The position numbers were made by a program, and so were the translations under genes. This document shows positions 30,337-40,997 of a stretch of 64,000 bases of DNA, in pieces (within the stretch, counting starts at the first letter, position 1; each line of letters begins with the position of its first letter). The stretch spans positions 1,504,001 to 1,568,000 of the forward strand of contig CAVUDP010000002.1 of the NCBI GenBank assembly GCA_963740315.1, in the 5' to 3' direction. The DNA is from an uncultured cyanobacterium (lineage in GTDB: Bacteria > Cyanobacteriota > Cyanobacteriia > Cyanobacteriales > Nostocaceae). The notes under the pieces are model-generated. The model was not told the origin of the DNA. It searched no databases and worked only from the letters and a program-made list of their open reading frames with translations.

Positions 30337-30538
30337 TACTAACTGTTAACCGCTCTAAAATTACATATCTCTCTTTATTTCTCTCCTCTGCGTTCTCTAC
30401 GTTCTAGAAGGGTTTTTTCCTCGGTAATCTTCTGTTAGGAAAGGATTAATTAATGTTGGGTTACGGTTCAAATATAGATTATTTGTTTACAACTAATTTC
30501 CGGTAAACCTAACCCAACCTACAACCTACAAAATTAAT

Positions 30539-30721
30539 TTAATTTAAGGAATAAGAAATACCGCGATACTGAAGATTTTTCTGTAATGGCTTATTTTGAG
30601 AAGAAACAGAACGACGAACACAATAAGGTACACCGCGATAGATTGCAAATATATTAGTTTCTGAAGTTTCCACGGGTGTATTATTACGTTCGTAAGTTAC
30701 ACCACGATAAGTTAGTTTCAT
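30539..30721 (-). CDS. DUF4278 family small protein
   Basis: MKLTYRGVTY...IYRGVPY...LQYRGISY; three YRG motifs. Confidence 0.88.
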   Translation of the reverse strand: MKLTYRGVTYERNNTPVETSETNIFAIYRGVPYCVRRSVSSQNKPLQKNLQYRGISYSLN

Positions 30722-30885
30722 TGTTTAATCCTCAATAAATTAGTTGCTATTAAAAAAGAAGAAATTGTTGTATTTTTTCTTTCCTCTATTTATATATAGG
30801 TGCAACTTATATTAAGGTATGCATTTTAAAGATAACCATTTGGATAATTGCAAAACCCTAACAAACTAGAATCCCTCTAAAAACC

Positions 30886-32364
30886 TCACAACATCGGTAA
30901 ACTAACACTAAAAGATGTCTCCCCCTCAGAATTTGGATCGAGCATCAACTCTCCATGATGAGCGCGAACAATTTCACGAGCAAGACTTAAACCCAATCCA
31001 ATTCCTTCTATTTTACGGTTGCGAGATGGATCTCCACGATGAAAACGGTCAAAAATTCGAGCGCGATCGCCAATATTTATTCCCTCGGATGCATTGACAA
31101 TTGTTATTTTAAGTGAGTTATTTTTTTGAAAAGCATCAACTTTTATCCAACCGTCGGCAAGATTATATTTTATAGCGTTACTAATTAGATTTTGCAAAAC
31201 CTGCATCAATAAATCGCGATCGCCTTTAACTTTTAAATCTTTAGCAATATCAGTTTTTACCGTCAAATCGGGAGCCAGCATTTCGACATCTTCCAACATC
31301 TGGAATAATAACTCCGACATATCCACCTCTACCAGATATAAACTCATTTGTCCCGCATCCGCTAAAGACAGCAGTAAAAGTTTGCGGATAATTGCACCCA
31401 GACGATGCACTTCATCCAAAAGGTAGCTCAAACGCTGCTGTACTTCGCTTCCGGGAGTCACTTGCTGTAATGTTCTTTCTAATTCCCCTTGCAAAATAGT
31501 TAACGGGGTTTTCAATTCGTGAGCAGCATCACCACTGAAACGAGAAGCTTGATGAAAACTGCGTTCTAAACGTTCTAACATTTGGTTAAATACCCGAATC
31601 ATTTCTACAAATTCCACATCTGTTTTTTCAGTGGGAATTCTTCAATCTAACCCTTTTGCATTAACTTGTTGAATTGTGCTGGTTAATTGATTTATCGGAT
31701 GTAACACGCTTCCAGACAGCAACCATGCACCAATTGTAATTAATAACAACACTCCCGGAATAGAAATCAAGAAAATATTGTTAATTGTAGCCATTTCTCG
31801 ATTAACTACTTCCAAATTAACCGCGATCGCAATTTGATTATTATTTCTCTGTTTATTTCTTTCCTCTGCGTCTGTGCGGTTTCTTTTTTGGTCATCTGGT
31901 AAAAAGCGAATAGAATGTTTAACCGCACCAATTCGCCAAGCACCTGTTTTTGTTGTTTCTGTAATTAAAGGAGGTGGAGGGGGTGGTTTGCCACGGAAAG
32001 GTTTTGTCAATTCTAATTTTTTAACTAACAGAAGATACAAATCCTTATCTTCAACTACTTCCTGAGATTGGTAAATTATATTATCTTCTGTATTAAGTAC
32101 TAACAGCGCAATCGGAATTTTTGTATTTGCTCCTAATATATTAGATAGTAATTCTGTATACTCCTGCCATCGCGGTTCCTCGTAAAATTGCGGTGGTTTT
32201 CTACCGGGTGGACGCATCAAATAATTAACAATTTGTGTATCTAAACGGTTAACCTTAGCGTTGTAAATCTGGAACCAGGAAACCGCACCAAAACCCACCA
32301 AAGCGCTACCAGCAAGAGCCGCAGAGAATAAAGCAATCCGGAGCCGAAACGAAGATAGTTTCAT
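30886..32364 (-). pseudogene. Membrane sensor histidine kinase (CusS/CopS-like), split by an in-frame TGA in the HAMP domain
   Basis: Two TM helices; ...AKGLD*RIPTEKTDVEFVEMIRVFNQML... in one frame (stop at 31642-31644); 'DAAHELKTPL', 'NLISNAIKY', 'GLGLSL'. Confidence 0.88.
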
Positions 32365-33044
32365 AAACCAGCATCTACTTGACGAAACCGATAACCAACC
32401 CCGCGAATACTTTCAATCAATTCTTCCTTATTGATGGGGTCAATTTTTTTACGAATCCGCTGAATGCAAACATCAACAACGTTAGTATTCGGATTAAAAT
32501 CATAACCCCAAACGTGTTCTAATATTTGGGTACGAGTAAAAACCCTACCAGGCGATCGCATTAAATATTCCAGCAGATTAAACTCGCGAGTGGTAAGCTC
32601 AATAGCTTTTTGACTACAAGTAACTTCCCTAGTAATTCGATCTAGCTTCAAAGCTCCTACAGCCAGAAAATTTTGCCGCTCTCCGACACTACGACGAATC
32701 ACGGCATGAATTCGAGCTACCAATTCTTCCACAAAAAACGGTTTAGCAATGTAATCATCAGCACCTAAATTTAAACCTTGCAAGCGATCGTCAAGTTCGT
32801 TGCGAGCCGTTAATAAAATTATCGGAGTATTTCTACCTTCCCGACGCAAATGTTTGAGAATTGATAAACCATCTTTTCCCGGCACCATAATATCTAAAAC
32901 AATCGCATCATATTCATTATCTAAAGCTTGCAAATAACCATCATTACCATTGTCACAGTAATCGACAGTAAACCCCTGCTCCTTCAAACCAGCCCGAACA
33001 AAATCAGCAATTTTCGCTTCATCTTCAACAAATAGAATATTCAC
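32361..33044 (-). CDS. OmpR-family response regulator (CusR/CopR heavy-metal-type)
   Basis: 'LFVEDE', 'LDIMVPGKDG', 'GADDYIAKPF', 'ILEHVWGYDFNPNTNVVDV.I.R+RKKID', 'RGVGY'; ATGA overlap with the kinase. Confidence 0.92.
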   Translation of the reverse strand: MNILFVEDEAKIADFVRAGLKEQGFTVDYCDNGNDGYLQALDNEYDAIVLDIMVPGKDGLSILKHLRREGRNTPIILLTARNELDDRLQGLNLGADDYIAKPFFVEELVARIHAVIRRSVGERQNFLAVGALKLDRITREVTCSQKAIELTTREFNLLEYLMRSPGRVFTRTQILEHVWGYDFNPNTNVVDVCIQRIRKKIDPINKEELIESIRGVGYRFRQVDAGL

Positions 33045-33104
33045 AACTATTCTATGGCTTCTGCATGTGACAATCTATTTTACACTTGCTACTCAAAAAC
33101 TAAA

Positions 33105-33120
33105 ATTACAATTTTGTAAT
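33105..33120 (-). promoter_or_regulatory. Palindromic operator ATTACAAAATTGTAAT (copper-box-like), copy 1
   Basis: About 60 bp upstream of the response regulator start; identical copies at 34461 and 35174. Confidence 0.75.
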
Positions 33121-33208
33121 CAAGAATTATTATTTAAATTTAATAAAGCTCAATAATTTTGGTTACTCAACTTTATTCAGTTAAACCAAAATGGATATTG
33201 GTTTCAAC

Positions 33209-34294
33209 TTAGCGACGAGGAGGAAGTCCAGGTGGTATTTTACCCTGCGGTGGTCTACCACCCCTTTCATCTTGCTGACCTTGTACCAAAGTTCCATGAA
33301 AACAAGAAATTACTGAATTTTTTACTGCTTTATTTGCGTGATAATGGTATCCTATCCCTTCAACATCATGACCTCCGCACTCATCCAGTTCTGGAGTTTG
33401 ATTACTTTCTTCATAAGCACTATGAATAGGAAATCCATCCATCGCATACCCAACTAATTTCGTTTCACCATCAACTTTGCTTTCGACACCAAAACATCCA
33501 GTAATACCATGTTGGTGATACCCAGTTACTGGATTAATATGACCTCCACAATCATCAAAAGCAGCGATAGTATAAGCTGAAAGTATTGCTTGTACGGGTG
33601 CTGGACCATCAATCACAACCCCATTAATAGTTACTCCAACTCTATTTCCAATATTGGTAACGGTATCACTTTTGACTGGGTTTGCAGGTATTTCAACAGT
33701 AGTTTGAATCGGTGAACCACCTTCAAGCCATTCTATTTTTCCTTCGACACAATTGTATTTATATTCCTCTTCTACTTGAGGTTTAGCCGCTCCTTCAAAC
33801 TCTTCTTCTGTATCGGTAATATTTACATTACCTTTTGAATCGTATAGTACAAATTTCTCATCATTGTATATTTCTGGAAGTTTCATAATAAACTCACCAT
33901 CTAAATTGTAGATGTTCTCACCATCTAGCCAAATACCAGTTGTTTCTTTAGAGTCAGCCGTTGTTCTCGGACAAAATGGTCCCGCTTCATAGTTAGATGG
34001 GTATCCGCTGACAGTAATTGATTTACAAGTAGTTTGAGTTCCATTTACCAAAGTACAATCCTTAGTGGTAATATCTTTTACAAGTGCATTTTCTAGAAAC
34101 GTCATACCAAGGGTTTCGTATTTTGTAGAAGCGGTTTTTGTTTCTTTACTGCTATTTTGCTCACTAACTTCACTTATGTTTCCATTACTTGCACTTGGTG
34201 TTTGTTTCGTGCAACTGAATGATGAGCCTGCTGCAAGAATTCCTACAAGAATAAGAATTGAAAGTCGTGTTTGCATCTGCATATAATCTCTCAC
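33209..34294 (-). CDS. YHYH domain-containing secreted/lipoprotein
   Basis: Signal with possible lipobox Cys (SFSC); 'FDDCGGH...GYHQHG', 'GYAMDGFPI', 'LDECGGH...GYHYH'; Pro/Gly tail. Confidence 0.85.
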   Translation of the reverse strand: MRDYMQMQTRLSILILVGILAAGSSFSCTKQTPSASNGNISEVSEQNSSKETKTASTKYETLGMTFLENALVKDITTKDCTLVNGTQTTCKSITVSGYPSNYEAGPFCPRTTADSKETTGIWLDGENIYNLDGEFIMKLPEIYNDEKFVLYDSKGNVNITDTEEEFEGAAKPQVEEEYKYNCVEGKIEWLEGGSPIQTTVEIPANPVKSDTVTNIGNRVGVTINGVVIDGPAPVQAILSAYTIAAFDDCGGHINPVTGYHQHGITGCFGVESKVDGETKLVGYAMDGFPIHSAYEESNQTPELDECGGHDVEGIGYHYHANKAVKNSVISCFHGTLVQGQQDERGGRPPQGKIPPGLPPRR

Positions 34295-34460
34295 TTAACT
34301 ACTATTAGCCTGGATATGTCACAAAGGGCGAAAAAAAAGGGTGCTAAAAACTGTGGAAACGTTTTTTTAAGAGCATATCAGCAGTTTTTAGTTATGACCC
34401 TATGAAAACATATTTTAGACCATAACAATTACTTTTTGAAGACAAAATTCACGTCCTAAA

Positions 34461-34476
34461 ATTACAATTTTGTAAT
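34461..34476 (-). promoter_or_regulatory. Palindromic operator ATTACAAAATTGTAAT, copy 2
   Basis: Upstream of the YHYH gene; identical 16-mer. Confidence 0.75.
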
Positions 34477-34613
34477 TAAAACAGATAGTAAACTTTGTTT
34501 TGCTAATACCGTAACACTAAACTACACTATTAGCAGAGAAGCTAATTTTGATAGTGAAGTCTATGATAGAAATATAATTCTCCTCAATTCATTAAAGAGG
34601 AATGTCTTCATAA

Positions 34614-34654
34614 GCAAAACCTTCACAAGCGATGAATACTTGTGAAGGTTTTGC
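34614..34654. terminator. 16-bp-stem hairpin downstream of the small secreted protein gene
   Basis: GCAAAACCTTCACAAG-N9-CTTGTGAAGGTTTTGC. Confidence 0.6.
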
Positions 34655-34687
34655 GTTCGCATTACAAAAAAAGCAAAGGTACTTTTT

Positions 34688-34963
34688 CTATCTCCGGACT
34701 CTAACTAATTTACATTCGCGAACAGTTCTAACACCTCCTCTTACTCGAACACGTTTGTTAACGCAAACCTCTTTGAAATCATTTTTATTAACTCTTTGCT
34801 TCTTTTGACCTCCTAAATTAACATTTACATCAACTACATCAACAACCTTATTTCTTCCATAACCGTTGTCAGAAGAATGGTAGGGACTTGCCGATACAGG
34901 TAATGCAGTAGTTGCCAACGATACCATTATTAATATTCCCGTTGAAACTTTATCCCAGTTCAT
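34688..34963 (-). CDS. Small secreted basic protein, unknown function
   Basis: Signal peptide (..ALPVSA-S); Arg/Val-rich C-terminus with two Cys; RBS GAGG. Confidence 0.7.
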   Translation of the reverse strand: MNWDKVSTGILIMVSLATTALPVSASPYHSSDNGYGRNKVVDVVDVNVNLGGQKKQRVNKNDFKEVCVNKRVRVRGGVRTVRECKLVRVRR

Positions 34964-35173
34964 AATTAACCCTCTTAAAATGAGTGGATAATCAAATACT
35001 AGAGAATATTCGGATTCATAACCTGTATCTTTTCTCCTAAAAAATAGTGTCTTTTATCCCTATACAATTCAGTACTTTTATCACTTGACATAATGTTATT
35101 TCAAGGTATTATTCATCCTAAATATACCTCTCTCTATTACCGAATTGAGGGTGACATGATGACACTGAGAAAA

Positions 35174-35189
35174 ATTACAAAATTGTAAT
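35174..35189 (+). promoter_or_regulatory. Palindromic operator ATTACAAAATTGTAAT, copy 3
   Basis: About 70 bp upstream of the + strand repeat protein; exact reverse complement of copies 1 and 2. Confidence 0.75.
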
Positions 35190-35261
35190 CAAAAACCATA
35201 CTTAACTGTAATTTTCAACTGGCTTAATCATAAATGTAAGCAACTTATTCAGAGTTTAATC

Positions 35262-35777
35262 ATGAAACTTAATCAAGTACTAATATTAACCGCAATTCCC
35301 GCGTTACTTGGAACATTAGCATTTACTTCAATCAATAAAACCGACGCAGCAGACACAACTCAAATTATGGCTCAAAACCAACCTGAAGAAAAAGGCAGAC
35401 GACGCGGACCAGATTTTGCAGCAGCAGCTACTAAATTAGGAATAACCGAGCAACAATTAAAAGATGCATTGGGACGACCACCACAACCAGATTTTGCAGC
35501 AGTAGCGAGCAAGTTAGGAACTAGCGAAGGAGAACTAAAAGAAGCTCTAGGTGTTCCCGAAAATCCTCCCGAAGCTGGGGAAGGACAAAGACCACCCAGA
35601 CCTGATTTTACAGCAGCAGCAGCAAAATTAGGTGTAACCGAACAACAAATCAAAGAAGCCTTTGGACCACGACCCAGACCTGATTTGAATGCAGCAGCAA
35701 GCAAGTTAGGAATTAGCGAAGAACAACTAAAAGAAGCTCTAGGAGTTCCCGAAAATCCTCCCGAACGTCCCGAATAA
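35262..35777 (+). CDS. Secreted protein with four PDFxAxAxKLGxxExxLKxALG repeats and Pro-rich linkers
   Basis: Signal peptide followed by four clear helical repeats. Confidence 0.85.
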   Translation: MKLNQVLILTAIPALLGTLAFTSINKTDAADTTQIMAQNQPEEKGRRRGPDFAAAATKLGITEQQLKDALGRPPQPDFAAVASKLGTSEGELKEALGVPENPPEAGEGQRPPRPDFTAAAAKLGVTEQQIKEAFGPRPRPDLNAAASKLGISEEQLKEALGVPENPPERPE

Positions 35778-35968
35778 CTGTTAAAATAGCCCCCCTTTTT
35801 AAGGGGGGATCTTAAAGGTGTGAAATACTATTTGATTAGTAATGAAATGGTTTGTTTATTCGGTAAATTTTGGGAGACGTAGCAGTGCGGAGATTTCTAC
35901 ATTTATGGGATAACGAAAAGCCCCCCAAATTAGCGGGGGGTTGGGGGGATCTTACAGATGCGAAATAT

Positions 35969-37084
35969 CTACACCGCCACCTCAGACTGTTGATAGGTAG
36001 GAAAATCTGTATAACCTTCCGCTTCAAAGGAATACCAAATAGCCGGTTTTGGATCGGGATTAAGCTCCCAACCGTTAGCAAAACGAGCAACCAAATCGGG
36101 ATTGCTAATAATCGATCTACCAAAAGCAATTAAATCAGCATTACCATCAGCGATCGCCTTTTCTGCACTTTCTTTGTCGTAACCGCAGTTACCTATTAAG
36201 ATACCGTCATAGATTTTTCTCAATTCGGCTAAAGTCATTGGCTCTCCTAATTCGTGGAAACCAAAACCCAAACCGTCAAGTACGTGGAGATAACTTAATT
36301 CATATTGATTTAACTGCTCGATTACATAAGTAAAGGTTTCCCGATAATCTGGCGAACCCATATCATTGTAATTACCGTTGGGTGAAAGTCTTACTCCCAC
36401 TCTCGAAGCATCCCATACGGTAAGAATTGATTCGATAATTTCTTGCAAAAACCGAAAGCGATTTTCTAAACTACCACCATATTTATCTGTACGCTGATTG
36501 GTTTTAGATTGCAAAAATTCATCGATGATGTAGCCGTTTGCACCGTGAATTTCCACTCCATCAAAACCAGCTTGTTTGGCATTTGCTGCGGCTTGACGAT
36601 AATCTTCCACAACTTGGGAAACTTCTGCTGTTTGTAGCGCTCTAGGAATTTCATGAGGCTGTTTACCATTTGGTGTATGAGCTTCCGAGCCTTCAAGTTT
36701 AATTGCCGAAGGTGCAACTGGAAGCCGATCATTTTCCTGAAAACTGCTGTGAGAAGACCTACCCGTATGCCACAATTGCAGAAAAATCGGCGTACCTTTG
36801 GCGTGTACGGCATCAACTACTTGTTTCCAAGCTTCTGTTTGTTCCTTAGTATAAATACCAGGTGTATGCAGCCAGCCATTTGCTTGTTTGGAAATAGTAG
36901 TACCTTCAGTAATAATTAAACCCGCACCTGCTCGTTGAGCGTAATATTCTGCCATTAAAGCGTTAGGCATTCTTTCGGCACCCGCACGAGAGCGAGTCAA
37001 GGGAGCCATTACCACGCGGTTTTTTAGAGAAAGATTACCAAGATTGAAAGCACACAGGAGGTGAGAAAGGTTTGATGATGTCAT
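35969..37084 (-). CDS. nemA: Old yellow enzyme / alkene reductase (NemA-like)
   Basis: 'NRVVMAPLTRSRA', 'QLWHTGR', 'EIHGANGY', 'NQRTDKYGGS'; start placed at MTSSN (37084) because the longer 5' extension runs through a repeat. Confidence 0.9.
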   Translation of the reverse strand: MTSSNLSHLLCAFNLGNLSLKNRVVMAPLTRSRAGAERMPNALMAEYYAQRAGAGLIITEGTTISKQANGWLHTPGIYTKEQTEAWKQVVDAVHAKGTPIFLQLWHTGRSSHSSFQENDRLPVAPSAIKLEGSEAHTPNGKQPHEIPRALQTAEVSQVVEDYRQAAANAKQAGFDGVEIHGANGYIIDEFLQSKTNQRTDKYGGSLENRFRFLQEIIESILTVWDASRVGVRLSPNGNYNDMGSPDYRETFTYVIEQLNQYELSYLHVLDGLGFGFHELGEPMTLAELRKIYDGILIGNCGYDKESAEKAIADGNADLIAFGRSIISNPDLVARFANGWELNPDPKPAIWYSFEAEGYTDFPTYQQSEVAV

Positions 37085-37174
37085 ATTTATTGATGAGATA
37101 AGTTGTAATATCGCGTTTGTTGGTAGTAAGCGATTCATCGCTTAAAGGGCTAAAGCCCAACTACGAACCTTGAC

Positions 37175-37807
37175 TTAAGCACAAACATTTTTAACGCTGG
37201 CAAGATTCTTAGTTTGCTCCCACCAAGCTTTTAATTTAGGTGTTTGAGTCGTAACTGCGTCAAATTGAGGAGTCTTTGACAAATAAACGAAAATCGGAAT
37301 CAGATGAAAATCGGCAAGACTTATCTCGCTACCAAGTAAGAAAGGACTGCCGATAAACAAGTCTTCAATTGCTTTTAAAGCTTTTTGGGTAGGTGCTACT
37401 GCTTCTTTGACTGCTTCTTTATCAGTTTCACCTCCCTGACTGGGTACAATTAAATTTTGAATCACAATTTTACCAACGGCAGGAGGATAAAGATAGTTAT
37501 CAACGATCGCCATAATCTGAAGCATTCGAGCTTGCATCAAGATATCCGAGGGACTATATTTACTCCCAGCCATTTTTTCATTTATATAGTAAGTAATCGC
37601 GGTTGTTTCATAAATTTTTTCTCCGTCAACTTCCATCGTGGGGATTTTCCCAAAGGGATGCTTGGCTAAATAATCATCTGTCTCGTTCTCACCATTAAAA
37701 ATATTGATCTCTTTCAAGTCATAATCAATATTTGCTTCTGCTAGTAAAAGTCGCACAGTGCGGACATAAGTACTTTGAGGTATACCGTAAACAGTTAAAT
37801 TGGGCAT
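37175..37807 (-). CDS. Glutathione S-transferase
   Basis: 'STYVRTV', 'HPFGKIP', 'YETTAI', 'SLADFH'. Confidence 0.93.
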   Translation of the reverse strand: MPNLTVYGIPQSTYVRTVRLLLAEANIDYDLKEINIFNGENETDDYLAKHPFGKIPTMEVDGEKIYETTAITYYINEKMAGSKYSPSDILMQARMLQIMAIVDNYLYPPAVGKIVIQNLIVPSQGGETDKEAVKEAVAPTQKALKAIEDLFIGSPFLLGSEISLADFHLIPIFVYLSKTPQFDAVTTQTPKLKAWWEQTKNLASVKNVCA

Positions 37808-37835
37808 GGTTGAGATAATTAAGTTTTTGATTGTA

Positions 37836-38813
<978 letters not shown>

Positions 38814-38839
38814 ATTACCTGTTCTCAGATTGTTAATTC

Positions 38840-39577
38840 CTAAAGTTCTTGCTTGGTAGGACGGATAATCATCTCGTTGACATCAACATCTTCTGGCTGC
38901 TCGATCGCAAAGGTAATAGCACGAGCGATCGCATCGGAATCGATAGCCACTGAATACAGTTGATTCACATTTTTTGCTGTCTCGTCGTGAGAAATTGTAC
39001 TCGTCAATTCGGTATCTACCGCACCAGGGGAAATATTAGTCGCACGAATTTCACCGTTGGATTCGAGTCTAATTCCTTCCGAAATAGCTTTAACCGCAAA
39101 CTTGGTGGCGCAATAAACCGTACCTGTAGCAAATACTTTGTGTCCGGCAACTGAAGAAAGGTTGATTATATGACCGGATTTTTGTTGTCGCATTATTGGC
39201 AATACCGCAGCGATCGCGTACAAAACCCCTTTGATATTCACGTCTACCATCTTGTCCCACTCATCAACCTTGGTTTGATCCAAAGGTGATAAAGGCATCA
39301 AACCTGCATTGTTAACCAAAACATCTATACGTTCGTAAGCTTGATGAGTCGCTTTCGCTAATGCTTCTACTTGAGATTTATCTGTCACATCTGTAACTTG
39401 ATACTTTGCAGTACCGCCATCTTTTTGAATATCAGCAACCAATTCCTTGAGACGCTCTTCTCGTCTGGCTGCGAGCATTAATTTAGCGCCATTTTTAGCC
39501 AACCTACGGGCAGTAGCTTCACCTAAACCGCTGCTTGCTCCGGTAATAATGACAACTTTATCTTTAATCTCAGACAT
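38840..39577 (-). CDS. SDR family oxidoreductase
   Basis: 'ITGASSGLG', 'NNAG', 'YCATK', 'IRPTKQ'. Confidence 0.94.
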   Translation of the reverse strand: MSEIKDKVVIITGASSGLGEATARRLAKNGAKLMLAARREERLKELVADIQKDGGTAKYQVTDVTDKSQVEALAKATHQAYERIDVLVNNAGLMPLSPLDQTKVDEWDKMVDVNIKGVLYAIAAVLPIMRQQKSGHIINLSSVAGHKVFATGTVYCATKFAVKAISEGIRLESNGEIRATNISPGAVDTELTSTISHDETAKNVNQLYSVAIDSDAIARAITFAIEQPEDVDVNEMIIRPTKQEL

Positions 39578-39597
39578 AATTAATCCTTACTAACTAG

Positions 39598-39612
39598 TAG
39601 ACCAGTCGTCTA
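39598..39612. promoter_or_regulatory. NemR-box-like TetR operator TAGACCAGTCGTCTA (before the SDR-AKR-GST-OYE operon)
   Basis: Imperfect palindrome 20 bp upstream of the SDR start; identical copy at 40261. Confidence 0.8.
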
Positions 39613-39652
39613 TTAACTAATAAATCCTACTAACTTAAAAATTTGACTTAAT

Positions 39653-40249
39653 CTAACTTGAGGTAGATTTACCTAAAACCTGATGGAATAGAATCTTGAC
39701 AAAGGTTTGCATCGGTACAACGGATTTCGTCACCTTAGCTTGTAAGATAGCTCCTTCCCAACCCGACAAAATAAACTTAGCTAAATCGTCAAGATTGCTA
39801 TCCTCTTTAATTTCTCCTTTTTCGTAAGCTGCTCTTAGACACCGAGCAAAATATTCTTCCCAATCGGCAAACACTTGATTAAGGCGATCGCGAAATAACT
39901 CATTTTGTGCTGACAACTCTTGAGCCAGATTACCAATTAAACAGCCATCACTACAGCAAGAGTTTTCCATCTCTGCAATTTTTGACTCAAAGAAGTTACG
40001 CAATTTGGTTAAAGGAGAAGATCGCCCATCTTCTACAAGCTGTTTCAGTTTATCCTGATATTGAAGGGCAAAATCATCAATAATTGCCAGTCCAAAATCT
40101 TCCTTACTAGAAAAATAATAATAAAACGAACCTTTAGGAACGCTAGCAGTAGTCAATATATCATTAAGACTTGCCGAATTAAATCCTCGTTGGACAATAA
40201 TTTCCCTGCCAACGCGAATAAGTTCGTTACGTTTATCAGTACGTTTCAT
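39653..40249 (-). CDS. TetR family regulator (NemR-like)
   Basis: 'GFNSASLNDIL....VPKGSFYYYFSSKEDFG', 'GCLIGNLAQE', 'WEGAILQAK'. Confidence 0.92.
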   Translation of the reverse strand: MKRTDKRNELIRVGREIIVQRGFNSASLNDILTTASVPKGSFYYYFSSKEDFGLAIIDDFALQYQDKLKQLVEDGRSSPLTKLRNFFESKIAEMENSCCSDGCLIGNLAQELSAQNELFRDRLNQVFADWEEYFARCLRAAYEKGEIKEDSNLDDLAKFILSGWEGAILQAKVTKSVVPMQTFVKILFHQVLGKSTSS

Positions 40250-40260
40250 AATTTAGATAG

Positions 40261-40275
40261 TAGACCAGTCGTCTA
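40261..40275. promoter_or_regulatory. NemR-box-like TetR operator (autoregulatory site)
   Basis: TAGACCAGTCGTCTA 11 bp upstream of the TetR start. Confidence 0.8.
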
Positions 40276-40997
40276 TAATTTTCAATCATAATAGATTCAT
40301 TTTCTTCCCAGTAGAAGTAAGCAGAGTAATAAACTGAAACAATATAAATCTAAGCATTGATTAAATATTTGTATGCAAAAAACTTAACTTATCGAAATAT
40401 TTCGCAATGTTTCTGACCTTTATTGATGCTATTATCAATAGTCCAACAGCAGTATAGGAGTTACAGTGTGTAACATACTATTTGTAGGCTGGCGAAAGTA
40501 ATACGCAGTTTTAATTTAGCTAGTTTAAAGCTAGATAAACCGTTGTTTTTTTGTAGTACGCAGCTTGTTAATTACAGCTATTTTTAGTAAATTACAAAAA
40601 ATAATCCGACTCTTGTTTACATTGCTTAATTTTAGATAGATATCTATTTGATTTAGATTTGGTAAATATGAGATAATGTAAGATTTGATAAACGCAGAGG
40701 AGCGCAAAGGTGAGCGCAAAGTTACGCAGAGTTTTGAGAGAGAGATAAAAATGATATCTACTAACTTGTATTAAGCTTTCAAGATTGCTCTTGATTCCTG
40801 TGCGTTTAAACTTATTATTAACCAATCATCGAAACTCCTTAACCACCTCAATCAAACCAACAATATTACGATTAAACTTTAATAAATCCCCCGCAGGAAT
40901 CCAATATTCTTGATGTCGAGAAGCACCAACAACCTGTACTGAATAATTGCTCAAAAATTCCGCTTTAACTTCAAACTTGGTTACGTAACCAATATTA

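Noticed and set aside
35372..35704. 110-aa minus-strand ORF; likewise 6880-7353, 25142-25545, 46890-47153 and similar overlapping ORFs
   Set aside because: Antisense or out-of-frame shadows of well-supported genes.
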